From an uncultured Gammaproteobacteria bacterium (GTDB lineage: Bacteria; Pseudomonadota; Gammaproteobacteria; DSM-19610), in contig CBDUHN010000010.1 in assembly GCA_965367295.1 (NCBI GenBank), positions 2,906 to 66,905 of the forward strand: a stretch of DNA of 64,000 nt, in the 5' to 3' direction. The notes under the pieces were generated by a model. That model saw nothing but the letters and a program-made list of their open reading frames with translations. It ran no database searches and was not told the DNA's origin. The number at the start of each line of letters is the position of its first letter. Within the stretch, counting starts at the first letter, position 1. Below are positions 12,828-21,909 of the stretch, in pieces. A program made the translations under genes and the position numbers.

Positions 12828-13967
12828 CTACTGGAGCTGTTCGTGAAGCAGCGTCAGGATACGTTCCGCGGTTTTCGATGCATCGGGCTTGCCATCCCCG
12901 GTGAGCACGGTGATTTCCGTCGCAGCTCCCCGGGACGTCAGCTTGATCTGGTACTGGTTCTCTTCGTCCGTCTTATCACCGCCGAAGCCCAGCTTGGACA
13001 ACCAGCCACCCTTCTTCGACTCACGGTCCGGATCGATGTAGCGCACAAAGTACACTCCATCCGTACGGTTGCGATCCTCGACGGCGAAGCCAACCCGGTC
13101 CAGTGCCACCCCGGTACGACGCCAGGCGCGGGAGAAGTCCTCGAGCAGGGTCAGGCTGGACTGGCCTTCGTTCTTCACCAGCTGGGCACGGGCGGGGGTA
13201 TCCTGCGCGGATGCCGACAGGGTTTCGGCGCGCTGCTCCTGTACGCCCAGGTAGAGCATCAGGCGCTTGAGCATTTCGATTTCCAGTTCGGGATCATTGG
13301 GGCGCGGCTGCCAGACCGTGGTCTGGGTTTCCGTCGGCCCACCGCGCAGGGTTTCCTCCATGCCGCGGTGGGTCAGGTAGATTTCCGTGGTACCGGGTTG
13401 CTCGCCCCGTTCCAGCCGCACGCGGAACTTGTCACGGGTGGCGGCGGAATACAGCGGGTCGAGCACCTTGCCGAGCACGCGACGGATGGGATCATCGGCG
13501 ATATCGGCACGGTTTTCCGCCCAGCTGGTTTCCATGATGCCGACGCGTGGATCTTCCTTACTGAGCAGGAAGCCATTCTGCAGCCAGAACTCGCGCACCT
13601 TGGACCAGATGGCCTCCGCATCGCCGGAGGTGATCAACCAGCGTTTATCACCATCACGCACCAGCTGCATGCCCTCCGGCGTCGGCAGCACACCACTGCC
13701 GGGGCGCGCGGTACCAGGCTGGCGTTCGCTGCTGTAGTCAGACAGGGTGGCGGAACTGGCGGGGGTGTACTCAGGCACCACCAGGGAATCATCCAGCGTC
13801 GAAGAGGTAAGATCCGGCGGTACCTCCAGGGTCTCCACCGGTTTGGCGGTCTTGTAGTCCGGGCGTTTGTCCGGCACCACGGAATCCAGCCAGCTGCAAC
13901 CCGACAGCAGAACGCCTGCCGCCAGTATCATTACCCAGTTGCGCAGCGCGCGCTTCATTTCACCCAT
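12828..13967 (-). CDS. bamC: Outer membrane protein assembly factor BamC (NlpB)
   Basis: It has a lipoprotein signal with lipobox LLSGC and lies immediately downstream of dapA, as in E. coli. The start could instead be the ATG at 13958. Confidence 0.8.
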   Translation of the reverse strand: MGEMKRALRNWVMILAAGVLLSGCSWLDSVVPDKRPDYKTAKPVETLEVPPDLTSSTLDDSLVVPEYTPASSATLSDYSSERQPGTARPGSGVLPTPEGMQLVRDGDKRWLITSGDAEAIWSKVREFWLQNGFLLSKEDPRVGIMETSWAENRADIADDPIRRVLGKVLDPLYSAATRDKFRVRLERGEQPGTTEIYLTHRGMEETLRGGPTETQTTVWQPRPNDPELEIEMLKRLMLYLGVQEQRAETLSASAQDTPARAQLVKNEGQSSLTLLEDFSRAWRRTGVALDRVGFAVEDRNRTDGVYFVRYIDPDRESKKGGWLSKLGFGGDKTDEENQYQIKLTSRGAATEITVLTGDGKPDASKTAERILTLLHEQLQ

Positions 13968-14003
13968 GGAGGACTAACCTGTTTCGATTGTGCGTTGAAA
14001 AAT

Positions 14004-14879
14004 TCACAGTACACCGGCCGCGCGCAGGGCGGCCCGTACCGTATCATGATAGGCGACCGACAGGGGCGTGAGCGGCAGGCGGATGCCAGCCGGGATCAGC
14101 CCCATTTCGTGTAATGCCCATTTCACCGGGATCGGATTCGCTTCCACGAACAGATCCCGATGCAGCGGTATCAGTTTTTCATTGATGGCGCTGGCGGTCG
14201 CGCGGTCGCCGGCAAGCGCGGCGGCACACATGTCGTGCATGGCCTTCGGTGCCACATTGGCGGTCACCGAGATATCGCCTTTGGCGCCGAGCAGAATGCA
14301 CTCCATCGCCGTGGCGTCGTCACCGCTGAAGACATCCAGACGGTCGCCGCAGCGCGCCAGTATGTCCTTCGCCCGGTCCAGATTACCGGTGGCATCCTTG
14401 ATGCCGACAATGTTGGACACCGACGCCAGCCGTTCCACGGTTTCCGGCAGCATGTCCACGGCGGTACGACCGGGTACGTTGTAGAGGATCTGGGGGATCG
14501 GCACTGCCTCGGCAATGGCTTTGAAATGCAGGTACAGGCCTTCCTGGGTCGGCTTATTGTAGTATGGAGTCACCAGCAGGCAGGCATCGGCACCGCCCTT
14601 CATGGCGCAGCGGGTCAGGTCGATGGCCTCGCGTGTGGAGTTGGCTCCGGTACCGGCAATCACCGGGATGCGCCCTGCCGTCATCTCCACCATGCGGCGG
14701 ATCACGTAGCAGTGCTCTGCCTCATCCAGGGTGGCGGATTCGCCGGTAGTGCCCACGGCCACGATGGCATCGGTGCCCTGCTCGATGTGGAAGTGAATCA
14801 GCGCTTCCAGACTCGCTTCATCGACCGCACCGTCCTCCATCATGGGGGTAACGAGCGCCACCATACTGCCGTGAAACAT
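14004..14879 (-). CDS. dapA: 4-hydroxy-tetrahydrodipicolinate synthase
   Basis: [13 protein letters not shown]... aligns with the E. coli DapA N-terminus MFTGSIVAIVTPM. The product is 291 aa from the second ATG; the first ATG is at 14882. Confidence 0.95.
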   Translation of the reverse strand: MFHGSMVALVTPMMEDGAVDEASLEALIHFHIEQGTDAIVAVGTTGESATLDEAEHCYVIRRMVEMTAGRIPVIAGTGANSTREAIDLTRCAMKGGADACLLVTPYYNKPTQEGLYLHFKAIAEAVPIPQILYNVPGRTAVDMLPETVERLASVSNIVGIKDATGNLDRAKDILARCGDRLDVFSGDDATAMECILLGAKGDISVTANVAPKAMHDMCAAALAGDRATASAINEKLIPLHRDLFVEANPIPVKWALHEMGLIPAGIRLPLTPLSVAYHDTVRAALRAAGVL

Positions 14880-15143
14880 CAAGATCTCCGAAGAAGACGA
14901 AAATAATACGCCATGGTACTTGGGCCACCGGTGACTGACAAGGCCGTAACCCTGCGCGGGAGCTGAATTTCCGGGCCCGGAACCACGCCTTTTTCAGGCT
15001 GGCGCCCGATCGCCCCCCTGCCCACCCGACCGGTTTCGCCACCATTCCCGGGACTGGACAGAACCACTTTACCGCCCCGTAAAAAACTTGTGCGGCAGTA
15101 TGCTTGGCGACTGATCACTCCCCCGACCGGCAGCGGCGAAACC

Positions 15144-16042
15144 ATGGACGACGATACCCCGTCCATCCGCGAAGCCCGCATCAACCCCATTGTGCCCAGT
15201 TAATCCGCGCTGGTCTCCACGGCCCGCGGCATCCAACCGCGCAAGACCGAGGACCCGGCACCCCGCGATACCCGCAAACATAACGAGGCCATGCCCCCCC
15301 TCTACCGCGGCCTGGCCCGGGAACCGGCCTGGCAGGTGCGCGCGGTGGAAAACCTCTACCCGGTGCTGGGCGACAACAGTACCGCATCGAACCTGGTATT
15401 CGGCCTGCAGCAGGCCATCGACGGCTACGGCCACCACGAGGTACTGGTGGATCATGCTGAACACGGTATTGCCCTGCGGGAGATGTCGCAGGCGCATATC
15501 ACCCTGCTGATCGGCGCCTGCCACGAACGCATGGCAGCCCTGTACGGAGCCGACCCACGTATCCAGTATGTGCTGGTATTCAAGAACTTCGGCCCGGCCG
15601 CCGGCGCCAGCATCCATGATCGCGCATCTGGTGCCGTGCGGCACCGGATCGACGTCGGCCAGTACGTGGTGAAGTGCGGTGAAAAATTCATCGCCATCAA
15701 GCCCTTTGCCAGCCGCCACGAATGGGAAGTGCACATCCTGCCGCTGGAACACCGCCACGATTTCCTGTCCATCACCCCCGAGGAGATCGAAGACTTCGCC
15801 CGCGGGCTGCTCAATACCATGGCGCGTCTGAACGCCGCCATCGGTGGCACCCAATCCAATTTCTTCCTGCACTCCCTGCCCATTCACCGGATTTCGACAA
15901 CTGCCAGAACAGCTATCACTGGCACCTGGAGATCTGCCCGCGCACCAGCATCCCCACCGGGTTTGAACTGGGATCAGGACTGTATGTGAGCACCATCAGC
16001 CCGGAAGAGGCTGCCCAGCGGCTGCGCGATGTAACGCTGTAG
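15144..16042 (+). pseudogene. Decayed galactose-1-phosphate uridylyltransferase-like (GalT/HIT superfamily) gene
   Basis: Family-like segments are present: WQVRAVENLYP, GYGHHEVLV, FKNFGPAAGASI, PFASRHEWEVHILP and YHWHLEICPR..GFELGSG. The reading frame has an in-frame TAA at 15201..15203 and a frameshift near 15885..15892. The catalytic HxHxQ is replaced by HDRAS, and about 25 aa after it appear to be deleted. Confidence 0.5.
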
Positions 16043-16105
16043 GCGTATCACCGGAAAATGATACACTCGGCGCAAGGATCCACTTTCGCCGATAAGAAGG
16101 CATAC

Positions 16106-16642
16106 ATGAGCAATATCCATTACCTGGTCATCTCCGCCCTGGGAGAAGACAAACCCGGCCTGATTCACGGCCTTTCCCGACAGATTCTCGAAAGTGGCTG
16201 CAACGTGGAAGACAGCCGCATGACGGTGCTGGGCGGCGACTTCGCCATCCTGATGTTGGTTACCGGCAACTGGAGCAATATTGCCAAGCTGGAAGCCCAA
16301 CTGCCCAATATCGAAAAAAGCCTGGGCATGACCATCAATTCGCGGCGCACCAGCAAAAAGCCCCCCAGCCAGAAACTGCTGCCCTACATGGTCGAGGTGG
16401 TGTCCATGGACCACCCAGGCATCGTACACAGCCTGGCGGACTTCTTCTCCACGCGGCAGATCAACGTGCAGGACCTGGTGACCAGCAGCTACAGCGCCGC
16501 TCACACCGGCACCCCCATGTTCACCGTACATATGACGGTGGGTGTGCCCGCTGACACTCACATCGCCAGCCTGCGCGAGGAGTTCATGGATTTCTGTGAT
16601 CAATTGAATCTCGACGCCGTGATCGAACCGGTGAAGATCTGA
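16106..16642 (+). CDS. gcvR: Glycine cleavage system transcriptional repressor GcvR (tandem ACT domains)
   Basis: MSNIHYLVISALGEDKPGLIHGLSRQILESGCNVEDSRMTVLGGDFAILMLV matches the GcvR pattern. It sits between dapA and bcp, as in E. coli. Confidence 0.85.
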   Translation: MSNIHYLVISALGEDKPGLIHGLSRQILESGCNVEDSRMTVLGGDFAILMLVTGNWSNIAKLEAQLPNIEKSLGMTINSRRTSKKPPSQKLLPYMVEVVSMDHPGIVHSLADFFSTRQINVQDLVTSSYSAAHTGTPMFTVHMTVGVPADTHIASLREEFMDFCDQLNLDAVIEPVKI

Positions 16643-16682
16643 GCCGGGTTGTCATCGCACCCGATCCGTTTAATCTATCACC

Positions 16683-16710
16683 TGTAGGCGCAAATGAATT
16701 CGCACCTATA
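16683..16710. repeat. REP-like palindromic element, copy 2 (imperfect)
   Basis: tgtaggcgcaaatgaattcgcacctata lies in the gcvR-bcp gap. Confidence 0.65.
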
Positions 16711-16753
16711 ACAAAAACCGTACCCCCCATGGATCAATGAGGCAACCGGCACC

Positions 16754-17230
16754 ATGACCACCGTCACCCCGGGCAAGAAAGTACCGAACTTCAGCGCACC
16801 TGCCACCGGCGACCAGACCATCAAACTCAGCACCCTCAAGGGCAGCAAGCTGATACTCTATTTCTACCCCAGAGACAGCACCCCCGGCTGCACCAGGGAA
16901 GGCCAGGATTTCCGCGACCAATATGCGAAATTCAAGCGCAACAGGATCCAGGTGTTCGGCGTCTCCCGTGACAGCCTGCGTTCCCACGAGAATTTCAAGA
17001 CCAAGCAGTCCTTCCCCTTTGACCTTATCTCCGACAGCGACGAAACACTGTGCTCACTGTTCGGTGTCATCAAAGAGAAAAACATGTATGGCAAAAAGGT
17101 GATGGGCATCGAACGCAGCACCTTCCTCATCGACGAGAAGGGTGTACTGCGCCAGGAATGGCGCAAGGTCAAGGTGCCCGGCCACGTCGACGAAGTGCTG
17201 GCGGCCGCCAAGGCACTGGACAAGTCCTGA
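16754..17230 (+). CDS. bcp: Thioredoxin-dependent peroxiredoxin Bcp
   Basis: The 158-aa ORF contains ..LYFYPRDSTPGCTREG.. (the peroxidatic Cys motif PxxxTxxC). Confidence 0.93.
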   Translation: MTTVTPGKKVPNFSAPATGDQTIKLSTLKGSKLILYFYPRDSTPGCTREGQDFRDQYAKFKRNRIQVFGVSRDSLRSHENFKTKQSFPFDLISDSDETLCSLFGVIKEKNMYGKKVMGIERSTFLIDEKGVLRQEWRKVKVPGHVDEVLAAAKALDKS

Positions 17231-17525
17231 GCAAGCGGAGTACAAAAGAGTCATTCGGTTCCGCAGTATCCAGACAGGTTCGTTTTGCACTCTGACGACG
17301 CAAAGTACACCGGGAAAACTGAAGCCCTGCATTCCAGGATGCGGATTGAGGCGCTGTTGCCAACAGACAATCGAGATGCATCCGTACCTCCCTTTGAATC
17401 AGTCCGCCACACCATTATTCCCGGCTTTGCGCTTCCTGCGTCTATACAGTTAACCGATTTTCCAGCCCACGGCACCGGCCCGGCCGGTACCTTCCGCCCA
17501 TCACCAACACTGACAGCAGGTGACC

Positions 17526-18950
17526 ATGGCACGCAAAGAAGTTCTCGGTAAGCGCCTCTTCGTTCTCGATACCAACGTGCTGATGCACGACCCCACCGCC
17601 CTGTTCCGTTTTCACGAACACGACATATTCCTGCCCATGGTGGTGCTGGAAGAACTTGATGCCGGCAAAAAGGGGCTCTCGGAAGTGGCGCGCAATGTGC
17701 GCCAGGTCAGCCGCTTCCTCGACGAACTGGTCAGTGGCCGCAGTTCGAAGGACATCGAAAAGGGCCTGCCACTGCAAAGCGGCCGTCCGGAAATGACCGA
17801 GGCCCCCGAATCGGCCAGGGTCGCGGGACGCCTGTTTTTCCAGACCCGTAGCCTGGAGGCGGAACTACCCGACGCCCTGCCCGGCAACCGCCCTGATAAC
17901 AACATCCTCGGCACCGCGCTGGCATTGCAGAACACGCACCCCGATGCCGCCATCACGCTGGTGTCCAAGGACATCAACCTGCGCATCAAGGCCACCGCCA
18001 TCGGCATCCATGCCGAGGATTACTACAATGACCAGGTGCTCGATGACGTCAACCTGCTGTATTCCGGCACCTATGAACTGCCCGCCGATTTCTGGGACAG
18101 CCATAGCAAGGATATGGAATCCTGGCAGGAAAACGGTCATAACTACTACCGCCTTACCGGCCCCCTGGTAAACAAGTGGCATCCGAACCAGTGCGTACAT
18201 ATGCCCGGTGATGGCAACTTCGAAGCCATTGTGCACAAGGTGCAGGGGGAGACCGCGGAACTACAGGTGGCCATTGACTACCGCAGCAGCATCCACACCG
18301 TGTGGGGCATCAATGCCCGTAATATGGAGCAGAACTTCGCCCTCAACCTGCTGATGAACCCGGAGGTGGATTTCGTCTCCCTGATGGGCACCGCCGGCAC
18401 CGGCAAGACCCTGCTCACCCTTGCCGCCGGCCTGGCGCAGACCCTGGAGGAAAACCGTTACAAGGAAATCATCATGACCCGCGTCACCGTACCGGTGGGC
18501 GAGGACATCGGCTTCCTGCCCGGTACAGAGGAAGAGAAGATGACCCCCTGGATGGGGGCACTGATGGACAACCTGGAGGTGCTGACCAAGTCCGATAGCG
18601 GCGGCGACTGGGGCCGCGCCGCCACTAACGACCTGCTCGCCAACCGCATCAAGATCCGCTCCCTGAACTTCATGCGCGGCCGCACCTTCCTCAACAAGTT
18701 TCTCATCCTCGACGAGGCGCAGAACCTGACCTCCAAGCAGATGAAGACCCTGATCACCCGCGCCGGCCCCGGCACCAAGGTGGTTTGCCTCGGCAACGTG
18801 GCACAGATCGATACCCCGTATCTGACCGAAACCAGTTCCGGGCTGACCTACGTGGTGGATCGTTTCCAGAACTGGGAACACAGTGGACATATCATCCTGA
18901 AGCGCGGTGAACGCTCCCGGCTGGCGGATTTCGCATCAGAGGTATTGTAG
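17526..18950 (+). CDS. PhoH2-type protein (N-terminal PIN domain fused to a PhoH ATPase)
   Basis: The N-terminus FVLDTNVLMHDP is a PIN acidic motif. The C-terminal half carries a Walker A motif GTAGTGKTLLTLA and the PhoH-like segment FLILDEAQNL. Confidence 0.9.
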   Translation: MARKEVLGKRLFVLDTNVLMHDPTALFRFHEHDIFLPMVVLEELDAGKKGLSEVARNVRQVSRFLDELVSGRSSKDIEKGLPLQSGRPEMTEAPESARVAGRLFFQTRSLEAELPDALPGNRPDNNILGTALALQNTHPDAAITLVSKDINLRIKATAIGIHAEDYYNDQVLDDVNLLYSGTYELPADFWDSHSKDMESWQENGHNYYRLTGPLVNKWHPNQCVHMPGDGNFEAIVHKVQGETAELQVAIDYRSSIHTVWGINARNMEQNFALNLLMNPEVDFVSLMGTAGTGKTLLTLAAGLAQTLEENRYKEIIMTRVTVPVGEDIGFLPGTEEEKMTPWMGALMDNLEVLTKSDSGGDWGRAATNDLLANRIKIRSLNFMRGRTFLNKFLILDEAQNLTSKQMKTLITRAGPGTKVVCLGNVAQIDTPYLTETSSGLTYVVDRFQNWEHSGHIILKRGERSRLADFASEVL

Positions 18951-18968
18951 GTTCGAATTCATTCGAAC
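18946..18968. repeat. REP-like palindromic element, copy 3 (overlaps the phoH2 stop codon)
   Basis: tgtagGTTCGAATTCATTCGAAC. The TAG stop of the PhoH2 gene is part of the left arm. Confidence 0.65.
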
Positions 18969-18987
18969 GATTTCGCCGCTTGAGACC

Positions 18988-19013
18988 GCGTCTGAATGAA
19001 TTCGGATCTACAG
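18988..19013. repeat. REP-like palindromic element, copy 4
   Basis: gcgtctgaatgaattcggatctacag. Confidence 0.6.
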
Positions 19014-19049
19014 GGTATGTTTTTCAGCGTATGGGGAGGGATTTTTGGT

Positions 19050-19071
19050 GGGTCCGAATTCATTCGGACGC
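19050..19071. repeat. REP-like palindromic element, copy 5
   Basis: The core GTCCGAATTCATTCGGAC lies at 19052..19069. Confidence 0.65.
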
Positions 19072-19137
19072 TGTATACCCGCGATGGCAATATCCGCTAC
19101 GCGCAACCATGGAATCAGCGGCCCGACCGATGACCGC

Positions 19138-20223
19138 TTACTTTGCGGACAGCTCCGGTCCCGGCGCCACCACCGCATCCCGCTCCCGCGGCCACACCTT
19201 CAACACCGCTTGCACCAGGGTCGCCAGCGGAATGGCGAAGAACACTCCCCAGAATCCCCAGATGCCACCGAACACCAGTACGGCGACGATGATCGCGATG
19301 GGATGCAGGTTCACCACCTCCGAGAACAGCAACGGCACCAGCACATTGCCGTCCAGTGCCTGAATGATGCCGTAGGCGATCATCACGGAGGCGAAATCGG
19401 CATTCCAGCCCCACTGGAAATAGGCGATCAGCGCGATGGGCAGGGTGACCACCGCTGCGCCGATATAGGGAATAATCACCGACAGCCCCACCAGGGTGGC
19501 GAGCAGCATGGCGTATTGCAGCCCCATGAAGGCGAAGGTGATGTAGGTCACCACGCCGACAATGACAATTTCCCAGACCTTGCCACGCACATAATTGGCG
19601 ATCTGGGCATTGACGTCATGCCATACCTCGGTGGACAAACCCCGGTCACGGGGCAGGTAATTGGTCATCCAGTGCAGGATACGTTGCTTGTCCTTCAGGA
19701 AGAAGAACACCAGCACCGGTACCAGGATCACATATACCAGCACGGCGATGATGTTGATCACCGAGGCGAGGGACATGGAAAACACCGCCTGGCCGAGGTT
19801 GGCGATTTCCCTGCGCAGACCGGCCATGATATCGCCAACCTGCTGTTCATTGATAAAACCCGGATACTGTTCCGGCAGGTGCACCAGGCTGGCCTGCCCT
19901 TTGCTGATCATGGCCGGCAGTTGCTGGAATAACTGGGTAAGCTGCTGGGACAGCTGCGGTACCAGCCCGAAGATGATCAGCAGCACCGAAAGCAAAAAAG
20001 CCAGGAACACCACCGTAACCGCCATGATGCGGGGGATGCGCCAACGCTGCAGGCGTTCCACCAGGCCGTCGAGCAGGTAGGCCAGCACCACACTGGCCAA
20101 TACCGGTGCCAGCATATCGCCCATGGTCATCACTACCGCGAAGCCGGCAATCAGCAACAGCGCCAGTATGACCACCTGGGGATCAGTGAAATAACGCCGG
20201 AACCACTGGCGGACAATTTCCAT
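19138..20223 (-). CDS. perM: AI-2E family transporter (PerM/YdiK-like permease)
   Basis: The 361-aa polytopic membrane protein has the family-typical ending ..LHPIAIIVAVLVFGGIWGFWGVFFAIPLATLV... Confidence 0.88.
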   Translation of the reverse strand: MEIVRQWFRRYFTDPQVVILALLLIAGFAVVMTMGDMLAPVLASVVLAYLLDGLVERLQRWRIPRIMAVTVVFLAFLLSVLLIIFGLVPQLSQQLTQLFQQLPAMISKGQASLVHLPEQYPGFINEQQVGDIMAGLRREIANLGQAVFSMSLASVINIIAVLVYVILVPVLVFFFLKDKQRILHWMTNYLPRDRGLSTEVWHDVNAQIANYVRGKVWEIVIVGVVTYITFAFMGLQYAMLLATLVGLSVIIPYIGAAVVTLPIALIAYFQWGWNADFASVMIAYGIIQALDGNVLVPLLFSEVVNLHPIAIIVAVLVFGGIWGFWGVFFAIPLATLVQAVLKVWPRERDAVVAPGPELSAK

Positions 20224-20368
20224 CAGGAGCCACTCGTATCGGGTTGGCGGACCATGAGCCGCGGGAAATCCAGTCCTGCCATAGTAGTGCCATGAAAGGC
20301 CTGGCAGCCGGGCAGGATAGTAGGGCTAGTGTGCGGAAACAGGAAGATTTTTTCCAGTATACAGAAGA

Positions 20369-20761
20369 TTATTCGGGGGCCTGCGATTTGAGCTCATCAT
20401 ATTCCTGGCGGAACAGCATCTCCAGTTCGTCGATGACCTCAACCGCATCGCGGCCTGCCATGATGTGTTGAGTCATAAGACCGGAGGTGTGACCGAGCAT
20501 GCGGGTTTTGTCGAGCATGAAATAGGTCTGCGACAGGCGCTTGATGGCCGCCACCACCTTCTCGGATTCGGGGCGTTCGATGGCTTTCGGTTCCGGCAGC
20601 GGTTCGGGCTTCTTGACCGGGACCGAAACAGACAAGGGATTCAGCAACGGTGCCGAACCACCACGCTGGGCCAGAAACTGGGCAAAGTCCACCAGGCTCC
20701 GCTGATCCTCGGCAGAGAGCTTCTCAAACCAGCCGAGCAGTTGTTCCTGGGAGGTAGTCAT
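20369..20761 (-). CDS. Hypothetical protein (130 aa) with an N-terminal DUF2281-like helix
   Basis: The ORF is taken from ATG 20761 (MTTSQEQLLGWFEKLSAEDQRSLVDFAQFLAQRG...). An upstream ATG at 20809 would overlap the LysR gene's 3' end. It lies 26 nt downstream of the LysR gene on the same strand. Confidence 0.5.
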   Translation of the reverse strand: MTTSQEQLLGWFEKLSAEDQRSLVDFAQFLAQRGGSAPLLNPLSVSVPVKKPEPLPEPKAIERPESEKVVAAIKRLSQTYFMLDKTRMLGHTSGLMTQHIMAGRDAVEVIDELEMLFRQEYDELKSQAPE

Positions 20762-20787
20762 CGTGTACGTTGAATCCTGTGACGGGC

Positions 20788-21690
20788 CTATTCGTTGTGT
20801 TCCTTGCAATAGCTCTGCGCAAAGGCCAGTAATTCATCCATGGCCCGTTGACGGAACTTCTGCTTCTGGTGCACGAAGGAGAAGGGGCGCTCCAGGGTCG
20901 GGGCCAGGGTCAGCGCCGCCAGGGTACCCAGCTTCAGCTCCTTGTGGATGGTGGCGCGGGAAATGATGGAAACCCCCATGCCTGCTTCCACGGCTCCTTT
21001 CACGGCCTCGGGACTGCCCAGTTCCATGGACACATTGACACTGTCGGTGAGCACTCCCGACGACTGCAGGTATTCCGCCACCACTTCCCGGGTGCCGGAC
21101 CCTTCCTCACGACAGATGTAGGGATATTCGAACAGCTCCTCGACATGGATTCTGCCCTTCTTTGCCAGTGGATGCTTGGTGGACACGATGGCCACCAGTT
21201 GGTCCATGCGGCACACATCCACCACCAGGTTCTTGTTCATCACCGGGGATTCCACCACGCCCAGGTCGATGACATTGTTTTCCACCATGCTGACGATGCC
21301 ATCGGAATTGGACACCTTCAGATGAACATTCACATCCGGATACTTGTGTTTGAAATCGCCAAGCAGGGCCGGCAGCATGTACTCGGCGATGGTGGTACTG
21401 GCACCAATGATCAGTACACCGCTGATCTCGCCGGTCATCTCCCGCACCGCATTTTCCATCTCGCTATACAGATCGAAAATCCGCGCGGCATACTCGTACA
21501 CGCGGGTACCGGCATCGGTAAGGCTGATGCGATTATGGGTGCGGTCGAACAGGCGGGTGTTGAAATGTTCTTCCAGCTGCCGAACCTGGAAGGTCACGGC
21601 GGGCTGGGTCATGTGCAGGCTTTCCGCTGCCTTCGTAAAGCTCAGCAGGCGGGCTACAGTATGAAAAACTTGTAAGCGGCGATCGGCCAT
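20788..21690 (-). CDS. LysR-family transcriptional regulator
   Basis: It has an N-terminal wHTH (FHTVARLLSFTKAAESLHMTQPAVTFQVRQLEE) and a C-terminal substrate-binding domain. It is 300 aa. Confidence 0.9.
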   Translation of the reverse strand: MADRRLQVFHTVARLLSFTKAAESLHMTQPAVTFQVRQLEEHFNTRLFDRTHNRISLTDAGTRVYEYAARIFDLYSEMENAVREMTGEISGVLIIGASTTIAEYMLPALLGDFKHKYPDVNVHLKVSNSDGIVSMVENNVIDLGVVESPVMNKNLVVDVCRMDQLVAIVSTKHPLAKKGRIHVEELFEYPYICREEGSGTREVVAEYLQSSGVLTDSVNVSMELGSPEAVKGAVEAGMGVSIISRATIHKELKLGTLAALTLAPTLERPFSFVHQKQKFRQRAMDELLAFAQSYCKEHNE

Positions 21691-21856
21691 GGGACTGCTA
21701 CCGTCGAATTGTACGCCCCCTTCGAAATACCATCTTCGGGGCCATGATTAATTTGTTCGATTATAAAATAATCTGATCAGGGAGCGTACCATACAGCAGA
21801 TCACCAGCGGTTTCATGTAATTTATGCACCGCCAGAGACCGCTGGTCAGCACCATA

Positions 21857-21886
21857 ACAAAAAGGCCCGCCGAAGTGGCGGGCCTC
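21857..21886 (-). terminator. Rho-independent terminator after the MCP gene
   Basis: The stem is aggcccgcc/ggcgggcct with loop gaagt. On the minus strand it is followed by a T-run (the complement of the A-run at 21858..21863). Confidence 0.6.
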
Positions 21887-21909
21887 TTGCTGGCAACGAG
21901 ATGGCAGCA

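Noticed and set aside
15069-15887. 272-aa minus-strand ORF between dapA and gcvR.
   Set aside because: The plus strand of the same interval carries several GalT/HIT-family sequence blocks in the right order. The minus ORF has no motifs and a Gly/Ala/Val/His-rich composition. I interpret it as antisense to a pseudogene.
17285-17551. 88-aa TTG-initiated ORF that overlaps the start of the PhoH2 gene. I considered it as a PhoAT-like antitoxin, as described upstream of mycobacterial phoH2.
   Set aside because: It has no Shine-Dalgarno sequence. Its C-terminal half is Pro/Thr/Gly-rich and looks random, GC3 is mediocre and no family motif is present. The 290-bp bcp-phoH2 gap remains unexplained, but this ORF is not supported.
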